Assembly (NCBI GenBank): GCA_016716535.1
Contig: JADJWD010000005.1
Location: 545,385-609,384 of the forward strand
Reading direction: 5' to 3'
Source: Betaproteobacteria bacterium
GTDB taxonomy: Bacteria > Pseudomonadota > Gammaproteobacteria > Burkholderiales > Burkholderiaceae_C
Length of the DNA: 64,000 nt
Shown here piece after piece: positions 57,895 to 64,000 of this stretch. Numbering within the stretch: position 1 is the first letter of the stretch; each line of letters opens with the position of its first letter. The position numbers and the translations under genes are program-made. A model generated the notes under the pieces. It searched no databases. It saw only the letters and a program-made list of their open reading frames with translations, and was not told where the DNA came from.

Positions 57895-59512
57895 ATGAAC
57901 CGAAACGCTTCGCTCCAGGCACCCACTGCCCTGGCAAGTAGCAGCAACCCTTCGGAGTCCAATGTCCAACGGCGCGCCATACTTCAAGCGTTCCTGGGGT
58001 CTGTGGCTTCTCTTGGTGCAGTCCCCACGCTATCGGGATGCGGAAACTCGGACGCGAGTGGTGAGACGCCTGCCAGCGGTTCTCCGGCGGAACCACCTCC
58101 CGCGGCGCCGGCAGCGTCTCCTCCTCCTACCGCCGCCCCCGCGCCGCTGCCACCGGCGGCTCCGGTAGTTGTCAACATCGACTTCGGAAGCGGATCCGCA
58201 ACCGGGACGCTGTCGGGTGACGTGTGGACGCCGGCTCGGGACAGCCAAGGCAGGGTGAACCGCGCGTCTTGGGAGTCCGTACCGAAGGGCCGGTGGATCG
58301 AGGTAGCAGGCACGCGAATCGATTCGTCGCTCACGGACGCGCTGGTCAATTCGGGCCTGGGGTGGACTTCTTCATCTCAGCTTTGGGGTGGGAGTCCGGC
58401 GAGCAATCTGTTTCAGTCGTGGTCCGGGTTTGCAGTCGATCAGGGGGCCGGCAGGATCTTCTTCCTCGGCGGCGGCCACTCGGACGGCTACAACAACGGG
58501 TTGTATCGGTTCGACTGCAATCGGATGTCTTGGGCGATCGAGTGCATGCCGAGCAGTCGCAGCCAGATGAGCGCGGCCTATTTGGCCAACGGCTCGAGCA
58601 CCTATAACCCTGAGTCGCTTGCAACTGCGCTGGCGAAGTTCAATACCGACAATGGTGCAGGCGCGACCACCGGCACGGTCACGCCGGTCCAGAACGGCCC
58701 GTTCTACGACGAGATTCCATTCGACTCGAAGCCCACGGCCAGGCACCTATCAAGCGATGGTGTTTGCGCCCGACATTGGCGCGTCGGGGTCGGTCTTCAT
58801 GGGGGCTCGTCGTCTATGGCGCTATGACCTTGCGTCGGGCAGATGGGTGATGCGCCGGCTTGTCAATGACCAAGTCAGGGCCCTGGGCGGCAGCGCACCC
58901 AACGCGCTTGGACTCATCGAAATTCACGCCGCAGAAGCGGCCTTCACGGCCTACGACGAAGTGCGACGGCGGGTGCTGGTCTCCGCCAGCGGGTCCGCCG
59001 GTGCCGGTGCCTTTGCCTTTGACCTGCAAAGCGGGAGTTGGTCGTCGTGGTCCGGCAGCTATGGCCTCAACTACAACCACGCTGCACAGGCACGCGTTGG
59101 TCGCAAGCTTGTTGCTCTCAACCCGCCGGTATCCGATCAGTCGGTGGCCGTGGGCCGCTACTGGGTCCACGACCTCGATACTGGCTCTACCGTCGCAGCC
59201 AATCTTCAGTTCGCCGGAGGACTTTCGCTTTCGGACTTTCCGAGTGGCGGGGCGTTCTACGATGGTGCGGCAATGGTCTACGTTCCGCCGATCAATCGCC
59301 TCTGGTTGGTGACTCGGCGCAGCAACGGATCGATGTTCTGGATCGAAATCGATCCAACAACGACGCCTTGGACTGCCTCGCCGCTGAGCTTCCCGAACTC
59401 CAGCCCAATTGAGCAGAGGCTTCCGATCGGAAGAGTTCAGTGGGTCGAAGGGCTGAGGGCGGTGCTGGCCTGGGATCACTGCTTCAGCGGTGCGAAGTTC
59501 TTCCGGTTCTGA
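57895..59512 (+). pseudogene. Kelch/beta-propeller-like lipoprotein, duplicate copy 1; interrupted by a 2-nt deletion
   Basis: Tat-like QRRAILQ and lipobox LSGCG. Identical to copy 2 from about residue 72, but AGGCACCTAT (58741-58750) replaces AGGCACACCTAT, so the frame shifts after ...DSKPTARH. Total length is 1618 nt. Confidence 0.7.
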
Positions 59513-59514
59513 AC
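58108..59514 (+). repeat. Tandem direct repeat, copy 1 (about 1.4 kb, near-identical to 60327..61735)
   Basis: Base-by-base comparison shows only scattered substitutions plus one 2-nt indel. The offset is 2219 nt before the indel and 2221 nt after it. Confidence 0.9.
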
Positions 59515-59945
59515 AGTACAGGGCTCGGTGACATCGCGATAGCGTCCTGCGCATTGCGCGGCTGCGCGCCAAGCACTAAGGAAGGGGCGGCGTCCACACT
59601 CTGGCAAGGACAGTGACGGCTGGTATCAGTTGCCGGAACCCGGCAGTACATCACGTTCTCCGGCTTGGGTTCTAGAACGCCGTGCAGCAACCGCCCGTAC
59701 TGCGTGGGCTAGGAGCGACTCTGCGCGGGGCCCGCCGTGCGCCGCCGTGCGCAACGCCGTAACGCCGGCGAGCGATTCGTTACGGGCCTGCTCCGCCGCC
59801 GGCCGAAGATTACGAACAGCGGACTGACGCGAAGGGCGCCGGTTTGCCGGCGCACCAATGGACCTTCGCGACGAAGGTGAGGCCCTCCGGGGATGTGCGC
59901 CTCTCCTCACGACGCAGTTCTCCGAATTCGTACCTTGGCCATCCC

Positions 59946-61733
59946 ATGAAAGTGCAGCGCAGAAGAGTCACCATGGCATTTGCCGCGATCGCGGCGACGC
60001 ACGGCCTCTCGGCGTGTGGCGGCGCCGAGGAAGAGGCGGCAACTGATGAGACCGCAGAAGCGTTGTGGCGGCGGCGGCTGCGCAATACCGCGCCGCCTGC
60101 TGCACCGACGAATAGGCCGACGCCGACGCCCACTGCTGTAGCGACGCCCGCACCCACCACGGCGCCCGTGTCGCCAGGCCCGACGCCGACAACGTCGCCT
60201 ACGCCAGCACCGACCCGCTTGCCGACGGCAGCCCCGACCCCGGCGCCAACGCCTGCGCCGGCCGCACCCACGCCGGCACCAACTTCCGCGCCAACGCCCC
60301 CCCCGACGCCGGCCCCGGCGCCCCCCCCGGCAGCGTCTCCTCCTCCTACCGCCGCCCCCGCGCCGCTGCCACCGCCAGCTCCGGTAGTTGTCAACATCGA
60401 CTTCGGAAGCGGATCCGCAACCGGGACGCTGTCGGGTGACGTGTGGACGCCGGCTCGTGACAGCCAAGGCAGGGTGAACCGCGCGTCTTGGGAGTCCGTA
60501 CCGAAGGGCCGGTGGATCGAGGTAGCAGGCACGCGAATCGATTCGTCGCTCACGGACGCGCTGGTCAATTCGGGCCTGGGGTGGACTTCTTCATCTCAGC
60601 TTTGGGGTGGGAGTTCGGCGAGCAATCTGTTTCAGTCGTGGTCCGGGTTTGCAGTCGATCAGGGGGCCGGCAGGATCTTCTTCCTCGGCGGCGGCCACTC
60701 GGACGGCTACAACAACGGGTTGTATCGGTTCGACTGCAACCGGATGTCTTGGGCGATCGAGTGCATGCCGAGCAGCCGCAGCCAGATGAGCGCGGCCTAT
60801 TTGGCCAACGGCTCGAGCACCTATAGCCCTGAGTCGCTTGCAACTGCGCTGGCGAAGTTCAATACCGACAATGGTGCAGGCGCGACCACCGGCACGGTCA
60901 CGCCGGTCCAGAACGGCCCGTTCTACGACGAGATTCCATTCGACTCGAAGCCCACGGCCAGGCACACCTATCAAGCGATGGTGTTTGCGCCCGACATTGG
61001 CGCGTCGGGGTCGGTCTTCATGGGGGCTCGTCGTCTATGGCGCTATGACCTTGCGTCGGGCAGATGGGTGATGCGCCGGCTTGTCAATGACCAAGTCAGG
61101 GCCCTGGGCGGCAGCGCACCCAACGCGCTTGGACTCATCGAGATTCACGCCGCAGAAGCGGCCTTCACGGCCTACGACGAGGTGCGACGGCGGGTGCTGG
61201 TGTCTGCCAGCGGGTCTGCCGGTGCCGGTGCCTTTACGTTTGACCTGCAAAGCGAGAGTTGGTCGCCGTGGTCCGGCAGCTATGGCCTCAACTACAACCA
61301 CGCTGCACAGGCACGCGTTGGTCGCAAGCTGGTTGCTCTCAACCCGCCGGTCTCCGATCAGTCCGTGGCCGTCGGGCGCTACTGGGTTCACGACCTCGAC
61401 ACTGGATCAACCGTTGCAGCGAATCTCCAGTTCGCTGGGGGACTATCGCTTTCGGACTTTCCGAGCGGCGGAGCGTTCTACGACGGTGCGGCAATGGTCT
61501 ACGTTCCGCCGATCAACCGCCTGTGGTTGGTGACTCGGCGCAGCAACGGATCGATGTTCTGGGTCCAAATCGATCCGACGACGACTCCCTGGACGGCCTC
61601 GCCGCTGAGCTTCCCGAACTCCAGCCCAATCGAGCAGAGGCTTGCGATCGGAAGAGTCCAGTGGATCGAAGGGCTGAGAGCGGTGCTGGCCTGGGATCAC
61701 TGCTTCACCGGTGCGAAGTTCTTCCGGTTCTGA
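59946..61733 (+). CDS. Kelch/beta-propeller-like lipoprotein with a long Pro/Thr/Ala linker, duplicate copy 2 (intact)
   Basis: MKVQRRRVTMAFAAIAATHGLSACGG (basic n-region plus lipobox), an about-110-aa PT/PA-rich linker, then FFLGGGHSDGYNNGLYRFD and further propeller-like repeats. Confidence 0.7.
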   Translation: MKVQRRRVTMAFAAIAATHGLSACGGAEEEAATDETAEALWRRRLRNTAPPAAPTNRPTPTPTAVATPAPTTAPVSPGPTPTTSPTPAPTRLPTAAPTPAPTPAPAAPTPAPTSAPTPPPTPAPAPPPAASPPPTAAPAPLPPPAPVVVNIDFGSGSATGTLSGDVWTPARDSQGRVNRASWESVPKGRWIEVAGTRIDSSLTDALVNSGLGWTSSSQLWGGSSASNLFQSWSGFAVDQGAGRIFFLGGGHSDGYNNGLYRFDCNRMSWAIECMPSSRSQMSAAYLANGSSTYSPESLATALAKFNTDNGAGATTGTVTPVQNGPFYDEIPFDSKPTARHTYQAMVFAPDIGASGSVFMGARRLWRYDLASGRWVMRRLVNDQVRALGGSAPNALGLIEIHAAEAAFTAYDEVRRRVLVSASGSAGAGAFTFDLQSESWSPWSGSYGLNYNHAAQARVGRKLVALNPPVSDQSVAVGRYWVHDLDTGSTVAANLQFAGGLSLSDFPSGGAFYDGAAMVYVPPINRLWLVTRRSNGSMFWVQIDPTTTPWTASPLSFPNSSPIEQRLAIGRVQWIEGLRAVLAWDHCFTGAKFFRF

Positions 61734-61735
61734 AC
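60327..61735 (+). repeat. Tandem direct repeat, copy 2
   Basis: See copy 1 at 58108..59514. Confidence 0.9.
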
Positions 61736-61773
61736 GGAGTTCGGTGACATCCCGGGCAGAGCTGTCGAAAATC

Positions 61774-63297
61774 TCAGCAGCTTGCTCGGCCTCCAAGGAA
61801 GCGGCGCAGCCGGGCGCGCGCTCGATGCAGCACATCGTGTTCAATGCCGTTCGGTGCGCCGCTCATCCGCCACAGAATGAGGAGTATCGCAGGGTAGACG
61901 AGCGCACACGCCGTGCCTGTGAGGAACAGTCGCAGGATCGGGCTGTCGATCTGACTTGCGGGGAGCCAGCTCAGCAACGTCATCATGCCAAGAGCTGCTG
62001 CGGCAGGCCGCCAGACCGCAGATGCGAGCGCGGTGAGACTGATGATCCCTGCGCGCCCTACGAGCGCCATCATGAGGGGCAACATCAACAGCCCAACGCC
62101 CGCGCGCGCTACCGCCACCCCCTCTGCACCGTCTGATTTCACGGCCCACACGCTGAGGGGCAGGAGCAGCCCCAACTCCAACCAGCTTTGAATTGCCGCC
62201 ATTCTTGTCTTGCCGGCAATCCATAGGGGCACCTCCAGCACCAGGATAAGCGCGGACAAGCCGCCGAACAGCGCCAACCAACGCATCAATACTGCTGCAT
62301 CAGGCCATCTGTTGCCGAGCACCACGGTCACCAAGTCGGTCGCAACGAGTGCCAGCGTGCATGCAATAAATAAGCAGACTATCGCAACGCCGGAAAAGCT
62401 CAAAAGCACCGCACGCGAGTATTCGTCCGCCGACTTGTCGATCTTCGCGAGAGCAGGGAACATTGCCCTGCGCACCGGCATAACCACCTCGTTACTAGGC
62501 AACGTTGCGAGATCGTTTGCCACGTGGTAATTGCCCATGGCTGTCGTGCCTGCGTACGACCCGACCACGAACTCATCGCATTTGCGATTTAGGTAGGAGC
62601 CCAAACGCGAGACGACAAGCCACTTCGAGAATCCCCAGATCTCATGGAATCTGGCTAGGGAGAGACGGGGTCGATAAGGATGCATGCGGTAGCTCAGCCA
62701 GACGCCGAGCGCCGATCCCGCGAGCGAACCAGCGACGAGGGCCCAGTAGCTGCGAAACCACAAGGCGGCGCATATGACCGCGGCGAAGCCAAGCAGCTTG
62801 TTGATCAGAACGAATCGAAACTCCTTCGCGAAATCGAGATCCTTGCGAAACGCAACGACGCCGATGTTTTGCAGCGACTCGATCGGCGCCCGCAGAGCGA
62901 TCAACCAAGTGACTACCAAGGCGCGCGGCTCGTTGAAGTAGTGCGCAACGAATGGGGCGGCCACGGCAAGGCATGCAGCCACGAAGAGGCCCTGGAGCAA
63001 CTGGATGGTCCACGCAGTGTCGCAGTGAGCGCGGGAGTCGTGACCTGGTCGCATCAGCGCGAGATCGACGCCAGCGTATGAGATCGCCTCAACAGCACCG
63101 TAGGCCAGAAGCGCAACGGCGATGAGTCCGAAGTCCTCGGGTGCCAGCAGGCGTGCCAAAGCCATGGTACTTACCAGGCCGATGACGCGCATCGCCCAGC
63201 GCGCGGCGATCATCCAGCCGCTCCCGCGGACGACGTTCTTCAGCGTCTGCTTGGAAGAGGCGGCATTCTGGGCAGGCGGATCGACTGGGAAGGTCAC
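61774..63297 (-). CDS. Wzx-like oligosaccharide flippase (MOP/PST family), second copy in the window
   Basis: 507 aa, multi-TM, with a Polysacc_synt-type N-terminus (RGSGWMIAARWAMRVIGLVSTMALARLLAPEDFGLIAV). GTG start. Confidence 0.75.
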   Translation of the reverse strand: MTFPVDPPAQNAASSKQTLKNVVRGSGWMIAARWAMRVIGLVSTMALARLLAPEDFGLIAVALLAYGAVEAISYAGVDLALMRPGHDSRAHCDTAWTIQLLQGLFVAACLAVAAPFVAHYFNEPRALVVTWLIALRAPIESLQNIGVVAFRKDLDFAKEFRFVLINKLLGFAAVICAALWFRSYWALVAGSLAGSALGVWLSYRMHPYRPRLSLARFHEIWGFSKWLVVSRLGSYLNRKCDEFVVGSYAGTTAMGNYHVANDLATLPSNEVVMPVRRAMFPALAKIDKSADEYSRAVLLSFSGVAIVCLFIACTLALVATDLVTVVLGNRWPDAAVLMRWLALFGGLSALILVLEVPLWIAGKTRMAAIQSWLELGLLLPLSVWAVKSDGAEGVAVARAGVGLLMLPLMMALVGRAGIISLTALASAVWRPAAAALGMMTLLSWLPASQIDSPILRLFLTGTACALVYPAILLILWRMSGAPNGIEHDVLHRARARLRRFLGGRASC

Positions 63298-63588
63298 AGG
63301 ATGCTGGCTTTCCGGGACTACAACTCTGGGAGTGGGCCGACGTTCAGCGCGCGAAGCGACAGATCAGTCGCGCAATGCGTCGCCTCTGACACACGTAGCC
63401 TGAACTACGGCGTCGGCACTGGTGACGAAATGCAACGGTTCGGCACTCGGAGAAGGGCCTGTGTAACACGTGCCGGCAGGTGGATGTCGTTCGGTTACGT
63501 CGCGCGGATACTCGATCCCGACAATGTGGACGCATTGTGGACGCGTTGTCGCGCCGCTCTGCATCCACTGGCCTGGTAGATCTCCAAC

Positions 63589-64000
63589 ATGACTTGTCAG
63601 CGTCGTCGTATTTCGATAGCCATCGCACTGCTGGCCTCGGGCACCACCGTAGCCGGTTGTGGGGGCGCTGATAATGCTATCGAGGAGACGGATGAGACCG
63701 CAGACGCCGCAGGGCGGCGGCGTTGGCGACGGGCGTCGTCCCAACCGACTGCCGCGCCGACGACAGTGCCGACATCGAGTCCAAACCCGACTCAGACGCC
63801 GGTGCCAACACTTGCACCTACGGCCGCTCCAACTCCTGTCCCGACACCCGCGCCGACTTCCGCGCCAACGCCTGCGCCGGCCCCTGCTCCGGCGCCAGCT
63901 CCGACTCCGACTCCGACTCCGACGTCCGCTCCGGCGCCGACACCTGCGCCGTCGCCGGCGGCACCGTCGCCGGTGCCCCCGCTGCCCACCAGCGGCACGC
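63589..64000 (+). CDS. Lipoprotein with a Pro/Thr/Ala-rich linker, 5' part only (runs off the window)
   Basis: My own translation from the ATG at 63589 gives MTCQRRRISIAIALLASGTTVAGCGGADNAIEETDETADAAGRRRWRR... followed by a PT/PA linker ending ...PPLPTSGT. The frame stays open to the window end. The leader resembles that of 59946..61733. Confidence 0.6.
   Translation, partial: MTCQRRRISIAIALLASGTTVAGCGGADNAIEETDETADAAGRRRWRRASSQPTAAPTTVPTSSPNPTQTPVPTLAPTAAPTPVPTPAPTSAPTPAPAPAPAPAPTPTPTPTSAPAPTPAPSPAAPSPVPPLPTSGT
63901..63924 (+). repeat. Tandem hexanucleotide (CCGACT)x3 plus CCGACG, encoding (Pro-Thr)4
   Basis: Direct read of ccgactccgactccgactccgacg inside the PT-rich linker. Confidence 0.9.

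Noticed and set aside
60100-60370. The periodic CCGAC/GCCCC-type DNA in the PT/PA linkers (also 63730..64000 and 28905..29060), considered as a CRISPR array or non-coding VNTR.
   Set aside because: The repeats are short, imperfect and in frame within ORFs that encode Pro/Thr/Ala linkers. There is no repeat-spacer architecture and no cas genes.

Overview
Very GC-rich proteobacterial chromosome segment. Gene content and a REP-like repeat suggest a Burkholderiales-type beta-proteobacterium (inference only). No rRNA, tRNA, CRISPR array, transposase or integrase was seen. Reading left to right: (1) 48-7515 holds an ATP-grasp gene and a compact selenoneine-type cassette, egtD, a senA/egtB-like gene, a senB-like glycosyltransferase and a Cys-type selD (senC). 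An M16 peptidase is translationally coupled to selD. (2) 7522-12686 holds a LuxR regulator and a synthase-dependent, PNAG-like operon: a PEP-CTERM/PA14-like protein, a small membrane protein, a PgaC-like GT2 and a TPR plus beta-barrel porin. (3) 12809-46337 is an essentially complete PEP-CTERM/exosortase A (XrtA) exopolysaccharide locus. It contains prsK-prsR-prsT, a trailing S1 protease, the priming sugar transferase, Wza/Wzz/BY-kinase-type export genes, an EpsL-like outer-membrane protein, a locus ATPase, a deacetylase, a FemAB-like gene, several glycosyltransferases, an XrtA-EpsI fusion, a TviB-like dehydrogenase, an AsnB-like amidotransferase and an O-antigen-ligase-like gene. An uncharacterised PqqD / HprK-related kinase / nucleotidyltransferase module is embedded in it, preceded by an orphan Tat-signal protein. 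(4) 46343-64000 is a visibly more AT-rich accessory glycan region. It carries two FkbM methyltransferases, kpsF, a Kdo-transferase-like gene, two Wzx-like flippases and four Tat/lipobox lipoproteins with Pro/Thr/Ala linkers. Two of those lipoproteins form a near-identical 1.4 kb tandem duplication. Four genes carry apparent frameshifts: FemAB-like, a glycosyltransferase, AsnB-like, and copy 1 of the duplicated lipoprotein. The best candidates for new biology are the PqqD/HprK-like/nucleotidyltransferase module with its orphan neighbour, the self-contained selenoneine cassette, and the lipoprotein family. All family assignments rest on motif recognition by eye and on gene context; no searches were run.
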